Below, in pieces: positions 18,754 through 27,642 of a DNA stretch of 64,000 nt. The stretch is from assembly GCA_964416155.1 (NCBI GenBank), contig CAYQCW010000008.1, positions 7,126-71,125 on the forward strand, written 5' to 3'. The DNA comes from an uncultured Nitrososphaerota archaeon (GTDB lineage: Archaea > Thermoproteota > EX4484-205 > JAAOZP01). A program made the translations under genes and the position numbers. The notes below the pieces were generated by a model. That model had not been told where the DNA came from. It saw only the letters and a list, made by a program, of their open reading frames with translations, and did not search any database. Every line of letters begins with the position of its first letter. The stretch's first letter is position 1.

Positions 18754-19872
18754 TCACACGTGATCTAGAGACGGGACGTGGACCGGTAATGGAAGCAGCA
18801 TACTCAATTCTCCTAATTTATTGATGTTTGGCGAGGTGCCGCCTAGAAAGATGCGTACAGCCTCGCGCTCATCAAGCTCAACATAGTTTTTCGAAAGCCT
18901 GCCTTTTTCAACATTAACTCTACCATTATTCACGAAGATCGTTGTAGTGTCAACATTATCGCCAAGCTTTAACCCGAGGGAGAGTTCGCAGCCCTCCAGC
19001 ATCTCTGCCCTGCTTGACAGAACTTTTTCGAAAGCTTTAAGCAAGCCTGTTACATCAATAATCCTAAACAGTCCTTCGGGAACAATTTCCCAGTATGAGG
19101 CTGCGTTAAGCAAGCGTTCAAGCCGCTCCACATCAAACGCGTTAATCTCCACGGAGGCAGAATCTCCGAAACAGCGTTCCATAACACCCCTAACTAATTC
19201 CGGCTCTCTTCCTCCTTTCGAAACGACTTCAAGTATCTTGGGCGGGCCGATTTCTCCGGAGGAAATAACGTATCCCTCGTTTGCTAACCATATTCTTACC
19301 CCCTGTTTCTTCAAGGTTAGAATGTGGTTTTTCCGTTCAACCCTCATTTTAAGAGAACTGTGAATGCTCTCCACCTTGGAAACAGCATCCTCGGGAGAAA
19401 CCTCCTCGACCACAACAGGCTTCACCCCAGCCCGTTCAAGAGAGCGAGTGGTTATTGTCAACAAGTATTTTATTCCAGCAATATCCCACCCGAAAGGATA
19501 GTATCTCTGCCTATCCCCCCAGAGGACTGACAAGGGCCAGCCCCTCTGCTTCATAACAGTGCCTGCATGCTTTAACAGCATGGACATGTATCCCTTATTC
19601 CTCTCCTCCGGTAAGGTGGCAACGCCCCCAATCCCTCCAGCAGTTACACGGGCGCCAAGGCTAACCAGCTTCAGAGGAAACAGCCCAACGTGGGAAACTA
19701 TTTTCCCATCCTCCTCCGCGACAATGAATGAGGATAAGGCCTCCTCTTCCCGCCTGTAGAGCTGCGGATAATATCGGGGGAAATAGTTTCTTGAATGTCC
19801 ATAGCATCTTTCAAGAAACCTCATGAAGACATCCCATTCCTCAAGCTTTAAGCCTCTTATAATAGGAGTCAT
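18754..19872 (-). CDS. Eis-like GNAT N-acetyltransferase with SCP2-like C-terminal region
   Basis: GGIGGVATLPEERNKGYM acetyl-CoA motif, LWGD..RY..FGW, 372 aa. Confidence 0.88.
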   Translation of the reverse strand: MTPIIRGLKLEEWDVFMRFLERCYGHSRNYFPRYYPQLYRREEEALSSFIVAEEDGKIVSHVGLFPLKLVSLGARVTAGGIGGVATLPEERNKGYMSMLLKHAGTVMKQRGWPLSVLWGDRQRYYPFGWDIAGIKYLLTITTRSLERAGVKPVVVEEVSPEDAVSKVESIHSSLKMRVERKNHILTLKKQGVRIWLANEGYVISSGEIGPPKILEVVSKGGREPELVRGVMERCFGDSASVEINAFDVERLERLLNAASYWEIVPEGLFRIIDVTGLLKAFEKVLSSRAEMLEGCELSLGLKLGDNVDTTTIFVNNGRVNVEKGRLSKNYVELDEREAVRIFLGGTSPNINKLGELSMLLPLPVHVPSLDHV

Positions 19873-20115
19873 TTACGATTTTTTTCGTCAATACTTATTT
19901 ATTAAGTTTATTCTAGAACCAGTATAATATTAATTCTAAATAACCGCTGGATTTCAAGCACGGGACGCGACATATGGTAGCAACTCCAGAGGAAAGCATA
20001 GTAGCATTTATAAAGGCGCCTAAAAGCTTTATAAGAAAAAAGGCGGATCGTGCTTAAGCATCAAGATATTTAATTTTAAAATTCGATTAAAACTTAATAG
20101 TAACTAGATAAACGA

Positions 20116-21462
20116 TTGCTGGTGAGCAATAGTTTGAAAATAGTAGTGATTGGAGGCGGGGCTGCCGGCATGGCTGCGGCGGCAAGCGCTAGGAGAGTTA
20201 ATCCTGCTGCAGACATAACCGTGTTAGAGGCTTCGAGACATGTTTCTTATGGTTCCTGCGGAATACCCTATTATCTAGGGGGTCTCGTCGAAGATGTTTC
20301 GAAACTAGTAACATATACTCCCGAGGAGTTTAGGAGAAGCAGAAAGGTGGAAGTCCTTACAAACTCTTACGTTAAGGACATTAACGTCTCTTCGAAAAAG
20401 GTGGTTTACGTTTCTGAAAAAGGCGAGGAAAGGGAGGTTGGGTTTGATACTCTTGTTCTAGCCACCGGGGCCAGGCCTGTTGTTCCTAAAATTGAGGGGT
20501 TGAGTCTTAACGGAGTTTACACTGTTCGCTTCCTGGATGGCGCAGTTAAGCTGAAGGAAGACCTTGCTCGCTCAAAGAGGGTGACGATAATTGGTGCTGG
20601 CTACATAGGGCTTGAGCTAGCTGAGAACTTTAAAAGAGCGGGCAAGGAGGTTACTGTCCTCGAGCTTCTGCCGCGTCCAATGCCCAATATTGACCCTGAG
20701 TTGGCCGACATAGTAAGCCGGGAGCTTGAAAAGAATGGCGTCAGGCTTGAGTTGAATAAGAGGGTTGTCGGCTTAAAGGGGGCCGGGAGGGTTGAAAAGG
20801 TTGTTACTGAGGATGTTGAATACGAAACGGATCTTGCAGTCATTGCTGTCGGCGTGAAGCCGAATGTTGCCTTAGCCAGGAGAATTGGTGTCGAGCTCGG
20901 TGAAAGCGGGGCGATAAAGACTAATAGCGGGATGGAGACCAGCGTGAAGGGAGTTTTCGCTGCGGGCGACAATAGTGAGGCGAATCATATAGTGTTGAAC
21001 CGGCCTGTCTATATTCCTCTAGCTCAAACCGCTAACAAAATGGGGTATGTTGCGGGTGCTAACGCGGCGGGTGGAAGCGAGGAGTTCCCAGGCGTGGTGG
21101 GGAGCGCCATCACCAAAGTTTTCGACCTTGAAATAGGCAGGACAGGCTTGGGAGAGGAGGAAGCTAAGAAGTATGGTGTTGAAACAAAGAGTGTCTTAAT
21201 TAAGGCGAGGTCGAGAGCCGGCTACTATCTGGGTGGCAGGGATCTATGGGTTAAGCTGATCCTTGAGAAGTCTAGCAATGTAATCATCGGCGGGCAGGTA
21301 GTTGGCTACGAGGGTGTTTGGGGAAGGATCGCGGCATTAACACTGGCAATCATGAAAAGGTTTACTCCGAAACAACTCGTCTTCTCAGACTTACCCTATG
21401 CTCCGCCTTTTAACCCCGTTTGGGATCCTTTAATAGTTGCGGCAAGAGTATCGTTGAAATAG
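20116..21462 (+). CDS. CoA-disulfide reductase / NADH oxidase family flavoprotein
   Basis: GGGAAG FAD motif, SYGSCGIPY redox Cys, GAGYIG NAD motif, C-terminal YAPPF.PVWDP. Confidence 0.93.
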   Translation: MLVSNSLKIVVIGGGAAGMAAAASARRVNPAADITVLEASRHVSYGSCGIPYYLGGLVEDVSKLVTYTPEEFRRSRKVEVLTNSYVKDINVSSKKVVYVSEKGEEREVGFDTLVLATGARPVVPKIEGLSLNGVYTVRFLDGAVKLKEDLARSKRVTIIGAGYIGLELAENFKRAGKEVTVLELLPRPMPNIDPELADIVSRELEKNGVRLELNKRVVGLKGAGRVEKVVTEDVEYETDLAVIAVGVKPNVALARRIGVELGESGAIKTNSGMETSVKGVFAAGDNSEANHIVLNRPVYIPLAQTANKMGYVAGANAAGGSEEFPGVVGSAITKVFDLEIGRTGLGEEEAKKYGVETKSVLIKARSRAGYYLGGRDLWVKLILEKSSNVIIGGQVVGYEGVWGRIAALTLAIMKRFTPKQLVFSDLPYAPPFNPVWDPLIVAARVSLK

Positions 21463-21476
21463 ATGCAGGTTGAACA

Positions 21477-23429
21477 CTATTCTTCTGACGGTAACATGGT
21501 GTCGAAGACCTCTTCAAACTCTTGTTTAAACTCGCTCCTCCTTTTAAGGTTGAAGAGAGGCTCATTAAGCAGGCGCATTGCAAAGACGGCAGTAATCCAG
21601 CTGTTCGTCCAGCCTGATTCAACGCTCCACGCGCCCCAGCCTGTGTCCGACGAGCTTCCCCAGTACTCCCATTTCTCGTAGTCGAAACCCCGCATCCAGC
21701 AGCCCTCTAAATAAAGGTGGTCTTCTGAACGAAGCTGTATCCTGCACAGGAATTCTGCCAACCGGTCTTCCGCCTGTTTAAACCTTAGGCTTTTGCATGC
21801 GGAAGCCAGCTCGTGTAAGCCGAGAAAAGCAAAGTTGGAGGTGTAAAGCAGGTCGCACGCAGGATCCCCGTTCTCCTGGATTACCGGAGCCTCCGTCGTG
21901 CCATACTGCTCGTTTGAGCTGGGCGGCGGGTACTGCCCCTTCCCCTCGGGGCCCAGCAGTTCTCTAATAGCACCGCAAGACTGCTGCTGGGAGACGAGTT
22001 CCCCGCCTATTTTATCAACCCACTTCCGGTGTTCAGGATTATCTTCAACCTGAATCAGGAATGCTAAAGGCAGAGTCATCCTGGCGAGTTCTTGGGTAAG
22101 CCCATTCGTCCACCTCCAATCCGGGTATTTCTCAACCGTCATACGGATCGCGTTGACAGTTTTCTCAAGGAAACCCTGGTACCCTGTTAGTAGAAAACCC
22201 CATAGGAAACAAGCCCAGAGATAGGCCTGGTAGTGCGGAGAATAAGAGGTGACAGGGGTTTTCCAGTAGTATTCCCAACCGTTTCCAACCAGGTCCGGGA
22301 GGTCGATCCTGTTCCTTCTGAACCCCAGTGGGCCAGTCGTCCTAAGGTTTGCGAGAAGACAGAGGGCTAGGGGTCTATCCCACCTGTCCTCCCTTAGACT
22401 GTTGCTGGCTGAAAGCGTTGAAAGAATTACTCTCGCATTGTCATCTCCGTAGAAGACGGGGAGCCCCTCCATCCAGTTTACCAACCCGTATGCGGGACTG
22501 TTCTTTTCAGACTGTTGAAAGGACCATACGTAGTCGAGGATCCTAGTGGCCATCAGCCTGCTCCTCGGATTTCCCGTTAGCCTCCAGTCGTAGGCGAACA
22601 CCATGGCTGCCTCAGCCAAGCAGTCTGAACGTATCAGCACCCTCTTAAGCTGATGCCCCTCGTAATCTATATTGGACTGGTATCCCTCAATCACCCCCCT
22701 GTTTTTCTCAACGCCGAAGAGAACATGTTTACGGAACCATTCTACAGACCTCCTGTAAGCCTCTTTCTCAACATGCGCGGGCAACGGTTCGCTTTTTCCA
22801 AATGCTGTTCTAACCGTCGGGACCCAGGATAAATCATATGTTTCTCCAGTTAACCATTTCAACAGCTTGATCCACACTTGCTTCCAAGCCCCGCTGGGTT
22901 CGTATCTTCCTGTTCTAAACTGGCTCAGCTTACTTGTTGAAACCATTATGTTCTTAGAGTGCTCGAAGAGAACGGGATGCGAGCCCTCAGGAAGGCCGAA
23001 AACCGCTTTATCGTATCCTGCAACCTTCGCCATCATTAGGTGAGAGTCCATTTTTTCAACAGGCAGGAACCAGCAGTCATGCATGTTCAATATGCTCATG
23101 CGAGGGAGCTCCGGTTCGAAAAACCCGGATGTGACAACCAGTCTTTCCCACTCCACGGTCCTCGGCTCACCGATCACAATACCAGGAAGAGCTAATGGAT
23201 ACTCTACGTAGAGCTTTAAATCCTTTTCTTCAATCTTTTCTAGCAGAGTTGGCTCCACCCTCAGCCTTGGAACAGGATACGAGTCCGATAGGGCAAGTAC
23301 CCCGTCACCGTGAGAAGCATTGTCAACCGCCTTGTTTAAGCAGTCATAACGTGGCAAGGGTTTTCCGGCTTCGCTGAGTATCGTGTGCAGATCGTTTTCA
23401 GGCGAACAACACAGTATTAGCCTTCCCAT
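21477..23429 (-). CDS. Hypothetical protein, probable (alpha/alpha)-barrel glycosidase-like fold
   Basis: 650-aa ORF rich in W/Y/D, with YGDDNAR and WGAWSVESGWT. The fold is inferred. Confidence 0.6.
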   Translation of the reverse strand: MGRLILCCSPENDLHTILSEAGKPLPRYDCLNKAVDNASHGDGVLALSDSYPVPRLRVEPTLLEKIEEKDLKLYVEYPLALPGIVIGEPRTVEWERLVVTSGFFEPELPRMSILNMHDCWFLPVEKMDSHLMMAKVAGYDKAVFGLPEGSHPVLFEHSKNIMVSTSKLSQFRTGRYEPSGAWKQVWIKLLKWLTGETYDLSWVPTVRTAFGKSEPLPAHVEKEAYRRSVEWFRKHVLFGVEKNRGVIEGYQSNIDYEGHQLKRVLIRSDCLAEAAMVFAYDWRLTGNPRSRLMATRILDYVWSFQQSEKNSPAYGLVNWMEGLPVFYGDDNARVILSTLSASNSLREDRWDRPLALCLLANLRTTGPLGFRRNRIDLPDLVGNGWEYYWKTPVTSYSPHYQAYLWACFLWGFLLTGYQGFLEKTVNAIRMTVEKYPDWRWTNGLTQELARMTLPLAFLIQVEDNPEHRKWVDKIGGELVSQQQSCGAIRELLGPEGKGQYPPPSSNEQYGTTEAPVIQENGDPACDLLYTSNFAFLGLHELASACKSLRFKQAEDRLAEFLCRIQLRSEDHLYLEGCWMRGFDYEKWEYWGSSSDTGWGAWSVESGWTNSWITAVFAMRLLNEPLFNLKRRSEFKQEFEEVFDTMLPSEE

Positions 23430-23435
23430 GAGTTT

Positions 23436-24272
23436 TTGCTTTTACAGTCTTATTTAAGCATGTTTTCAGCAATCGGCGGAAGATTTTTTACTTACCTTAT
23501 GCCCGCCACAGTCATGGCGAGAGTCGAATCAAAAAAGATATGGGGGAAAGGAGACATAGTCTTAGTTATTCAAGCTCATCCTGACGATGCGGAGTACTAT
23601 GTTGGCGGAACCATAGCGAGGATGGTTGAAGAAGGATGCGTTGTAAATTACGCTACTGTGACTGATGGAAGCAAGGGAACTTTCGACGTGAACGTAGATC
23701 CTAAGGTTTTAAGCGAGACTAGGAGGAGGGAGCAGAGGGCCGCGGCAGATGTGCTTGGCGTAAAGGAGCTGTTCTTCCTAGGATATCCTGATGGCGACCT
23801 ATATCCTTCTCTCGAATTAAGAGGGAGGCTTATTGAAATAATAAGAACAGTTAAGCCGAAAATTGTCATGACGCTGGACGCTTGGCTTCCTTACGAAATA
23901 CATCCTGACCACAGGGTTACTGGACTTATGGCTTCGGAGGCGACGGTTTTCGCGGGCATGCCGAACTTCTACAAGGAGCAAATTCTTTCAGGAATTGAAG
24001 CCCATAAGCCTGATTTCATACTCTTGTTCGCTACGGATAGCCCAAATCTTTTCATCGACATCACCAAACATGTAGAGAAGAAAGCTGAGGCAATCATGAG
24101 ACATGAGAGCCAACTGTCCTTATCGTTTCCAGTGGATCTTATGAAGAAGGGTTTAGAGGAAGTGAAAAAGGAGTTGGTTAGAAACTTGAGGAAAAAGAAT
24201 AGGAAAAAAGGAAGATGCGTAGAATCCATGAGAATGTTCAGAGTGGGGGCAGGCCATTTCATAAGAGAATAA
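23436..24272 (+). CDS. PIG-L/LmbE-family deacetylase
   Basis: AHPDD and HPDH zinc motifs, R..EQ..A, H.SQ. True start probably near 23499-23514. Confidence 0.92.
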   Translation: MLLQSYLSMFSAIGGRFFTYLMPATVMARVESKKIWGKGDIVLVIQAHPDDAEYYVGGTIARMVEEGCVVNYATVTDGSKGTFDVNVDPKVLSETRRREQRAAADVLGVKELFFLGYPDGDLYPSLELRGRLIEIIRTVKPKIVMTLDAWLPYEIHPDHRVTGLMASEATVFAGMPNFYKEQILSGIEAHKPDFILLFATDSPNLFIDITKHVEKKAEAIMRHESQLSLSFPVDLMKKGLEEVKKELVRNLRKKNRKKGRCVESMRMFRVGAGHFIRE

Positions 24273-24334
24273 TAAAGCAGCTAGCATGGGCTACTCTCAA
24301 AAGATTTATATAAATCCTGCAACTGAAGGGCTTC

Positions 24335-27268
24335 ATGCGGACTATTCAAGAACTTGAAGCAAGACTCGCCCTCTTGCACGCCGCCTCCTTTAGAAACATC
24401 ATAATGCTCGAATGGGATTCTTTCGATAATAACAGGGCGACAATAGCTTTAAACGCCGCGGGGGAAAACTTTCAGCTCGTAGTGCTGGATTACAAGGGTT
24501 CTGCATTGGTTAAACTGGATTCGAAACCATATTTCTCCCTCGACGGGTATCATTACGCCATACCGATACCGGAGGGCAATCACCTGGTGGAAGCCGAGTT
24601 CTCACCTTTCCTCGCGTTCGGTGAAAAAGTGGATGTTCACCCGGGCAAGCCTGTTGGCGTAAACAGAAACATGGAGGCTTTAAGGCTCTGGGCTTATGGA
24701 AGATCCATTTTAGAGCTGATTCGCACAACTAAGGATGAGGAGCTTAAGCAGGATCTTCTAAGGGTGTTGAGCAATGCTCTCAGAGAAGCGCCCTTTGAAA
24801 CTGTCTCTAAAGAGCAGGTTTCCTTAGCCACTGCTTTCAAGGCGATGATAGGAGGGCTCGATAGTGTTCCAAAATTATTGTCCGACGATATTGCCCCTAT
24901 TTTTGTCGAGGAGCAGGGCCTGGAAAAATACGGGAAGGCTCTCAGCCTGCTTAAGAATAGTCTGAAAAATCTTGTTGAAAAATACGGTAAGAGGGGAGAC
25001 ATGGTTGCGCTTGCTCACGCGCACATAGACACCGCGTGGCTCTGGCCCTTCGAGGAGACTAAGAGAAAGGTTTTCAGAACATTTTCCACAGTGTTAACTC
25101 TGATGGAGCATTATGATTTTAAGTATATTCAGAGCGCTGCCATATATTACGACTGGATCAAGAGCGATGAACCTTCGATCTTCGAGAGAGTCAGGGAGAA
25201 AATCACAGAGGGGAAGTGGATACTTGGAGCAGGCTGGGTGGAGTTCGACACTCAAATGATATCCGGCGAATCGCTGGCTAGACAACTCTTATATTCTCAA
25301 AGGTTTTACATTGAGAACTTCGGAAGAACCGCTGAGGTGCTCTGGCTTCCAGACACTTTCGGATTTTCACCAACACTTCCTCAGGCAGCCAGGCTTGGAG
25401 GCGTTAAGGTTTTCGCAACCCATAAGGTATTCTGGAACGATACGAATACTTTCCCCTACAACGTGTTCCTCTGGATTAGCCCAGACGACAGCAGGCTTAA
25501 GGCAGTAGCATTCGGCCACGGGAAGGGAGGCTATAACTCGGATTTCACAGCGGACAGTGTTTACGAGCAGTGGCAAAACTGGGTTAACAGGGATCACCCT
25601 ATGCTTTACTCGTACGGCTATGGGGACGGTGGAGGCGGGCCTACTGAAGAAATGCTTTTAAGGGCAGAGGCTGTAGACTCGCTCCCCATCCTGCCAAGGG
25701 TGGAGCTTAAGGGATCCTTGGATGTGGTGGTGCGCGACCCTGTTTCCGAAGAATGGAGGGGGGAGCTCTATCTCGAGGATCACAGGGGTGTTTTCACGTC
25801 GCATTCCAAGATGAAGCTTTTAAACAGGAGGGCGGAGCTGTCTTTAAGGGAGGCGGAAACATGGGCAACTTTTGCCGGAACCTATGATAAGGAAAAGTTT
25901 TCAAGCCTTTGGAAAACCCTGCTTAAAAACCAGTTTCACGACGTTCTGCCGGGCTCCTCTATAAGGGAGGTTTACAGCGAGGCTTATCCTGAGCTTGAAA
26001 AGGTGATTTCTCAGGCGGAGAGGATTGCTGGAGAAGCCATGAGTAAAATAGCGGGAGAGGGACGCACAAAACTGGTTTTCAACTCGCTACCTTGGGACAG
26101 GGAGGACTACGTGATTCTAGAGGAGGAAGTCGACGGGTCTCAGAGGGTTCCTGAAGGCTTCTTGCTGAGGGTTAGAGCACCTTCAGTTGGTTATGCTCCG
26201 CTCAACACTGCTCCAGCGACTCGTGTGAAAATTGCTGAGGAATATGATTCATACCTGGTTGAGAACAGGTTCTTCACGGTAAGGATTTCGAAAAACGGAA
26301 GGCTGACTTCCATATGGGATAAGGAGGCGGGTAGAGAAATTTTGAAAAATCCCGGGAACAAGCTGGTTGCTTACGAGAATATCCCGGGGTGGGCTGATGC
26401 TTGGAACATTGAGAAGGGCTATAAGGAAACCTTTTTTGAAATAACTGCATCGAGAAGTTGGATTGTTAGCAAAGGCCCATTAATGGTGTCCTTATGCTTC
26501 ACTTACCCATTTAGAGGGTCCGAGATCAAGCAGGAGGTTAGAATCTTCTCTGACTCTAGGAGGATCGATTTCAAAACCACTATTAACATGAGGGACAGGG
26601 AGCTGCTGGTTAAAACCTGGTTTTCTTTTGATGTGAACACGGATAAGGCTGTTTCAGATGTCCCGTTCGGAGTTACTGAAAGACCCACCACCAGGAATAC
26701 TTCGTGGGAGAAGGCGAAATACGAGGTGGCGATGCATAAAATGGTTGATCTTTCTGAGCACGGCTACGGTGTAGCATTGTTGAATGATGGGAAATACGGG
26801 GTCTCCATAGAAGGCTCTTCAATAGGGCTTTCGCTGACAAAGACACCTGTCTTTCCAGATCCTTCGACGGACCTTGAGGAGACAGTCTTCACCTACTCGA
26901 TATATCCTCACACTGGAGACTGGAAAGAGGCAGGAGTATTAAGGAGGGCATACGAGCTGAATGTTCCATTAAAAGTGATTGTAGGGAAGAAAAGTAGTAA
27001 AAGCTTCTTGAAAATAGGCTCTGACAACCTGATGCTTGAGGCTGTGAAAACTCCTGAGGATGGTGAAGGTATTGTTTTAAGGCTTTACGAGTTCTATAAT
27101 GCAAGGGGCAGGACGCGTATCGACCTTGCCACTAAGGTGCAGAGCGTGGAATCCCTAGACCTGCTTGAATCGAATACGGTTAACAGGGATATTGGGACAG
27201 ATAGAAATGGTCTGGAGTTTACGTATTGCAACAGGGAAATAATCACTTTAAAAATACGTGGACAGTGA
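24335..27268 (+). CDS. GH38 alpha-mannosidase
   Basis: HAHIDTAWLW, WLPDTFGF, GYGDGGGGP, NQFHDVLPGS, LLNDGKYG. Confidence 0.95.
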   Translation: MRTIQELEARLALLHAASFRNIIMLEWDSFDNNRATIALNAAGENFQLVVLDYKGSALVKLDSKPYFSLDGYHYAIPIPEGNHLVEAEFSPFLAFGEKVDVHPGKPVGVNRNMEALRLWAYGRSILELIRTTKDEELKQDLLRVLSNALREAPFETVSKEQVSLATAFKAMIGGLDSVPKLLSDDIAPIFVEEQGLEKYGKALSLLKNSLKNLVEKYGKRGDMVALAHAHIDTAWLWPFEETKRKVFRTFSTVLTLMEHYDFKYIQSAAIYYDWIKSDEPSIFERVREKITEGKWILGAGWVEFDTQMISGESLARQLLYSQRFYIENFGRTAEVLWLPDTFGFSPTLPQAARLGGVKVFATHKVFWNDTNTFPYNVFLWISPDDSRLKAVAFGHGKGGYNSDFTADSVYEQWQNWVNRDHPMLYSYGYGDGGGGPTEEMLLRAEAVDSLPILPRVELKGSLDVVVRDPVSEEWRGELYLEDHRGVFTSHSKMKLLNRRAELSLREAETWATFAGTYDKEKFSSLWKTLLKNQFHDVLPGSSIREVYSEAYPELEKVISQAERIAGEAMSKIAGEGRTKLVFNSLPWDREDYVILEEEVDGSQRVPEGFLLRVRAPSVGYAPLNTAPATRVKIAEEYDSYLVENRFFTVRISKNGRLTSIWDKEAGREILKNPGNKLVAYENIPGWADAWNIEKGYKETFFEITASRSWIVSKGPLMVSLCFTYPFRGSEIKQEVRIFSDSRRIDFKTTINMRDRELLVKTWFSFDVNTDKAVSDVPFGVTERPTTRNTSWEKAKYEVAMHKMVDLSEHGYGVALLNDGKYGVSIEGSSIGLSLTKTPVFPDPSTDLEETVFTYSIYPHTGDWKEAGVLRRAYELNVPLKVIVGKKSSKSFLKIGSDNLMLEAVKTPEDGEGIVLRLYEFYNARGRTRIDLATKVQSVESLDLLESNTVNRDIGTDRNGLEFTYCNREIITLKIRGQ

Positions 27269-27400
27269 TTCTTTCAGGCTTTCAGTCCTCCACACGGTGT
27301 AAAGCTCCCGTACAACATCTTTCTCAGCGCCGTCAAAGTTCCAGTATACTAGCCCATCGGCACAGCCGCGTGCCGCCGATTTAACACTCTCGCGAAGAAC
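27246..27400 (-). pseudogene. Orphan C-terminal protein fragment
   Basis: Minus strand reads VLRESVKSAARGCADGLVYWNFDGAEKDVVRELYTVW.., protein-like but preceded by a stop and lacking a start. Confidence 0.3.
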
Positions 27401-27642
27401 TCTCTACCGGTTACAGAGATGTTTGAAATACGTTCACCAGGCAGATAGTGTACAAAGTCGCTGCGGAGGATTAGCATGACTGGCCATATTCCAGCATGAG
27501 ATTTTCATTAGACCTGCTTCTATTGAACTTGAAGGTAATCCTGAGAGCCTTGTCTCATCATAGTTCCGTGGCTGAACTATGGTGCGCGCGCTTCACGTAG
27601 AGAAAAGTAATTTTTAAATATCTGTTTTAACTTTCAGAAGCC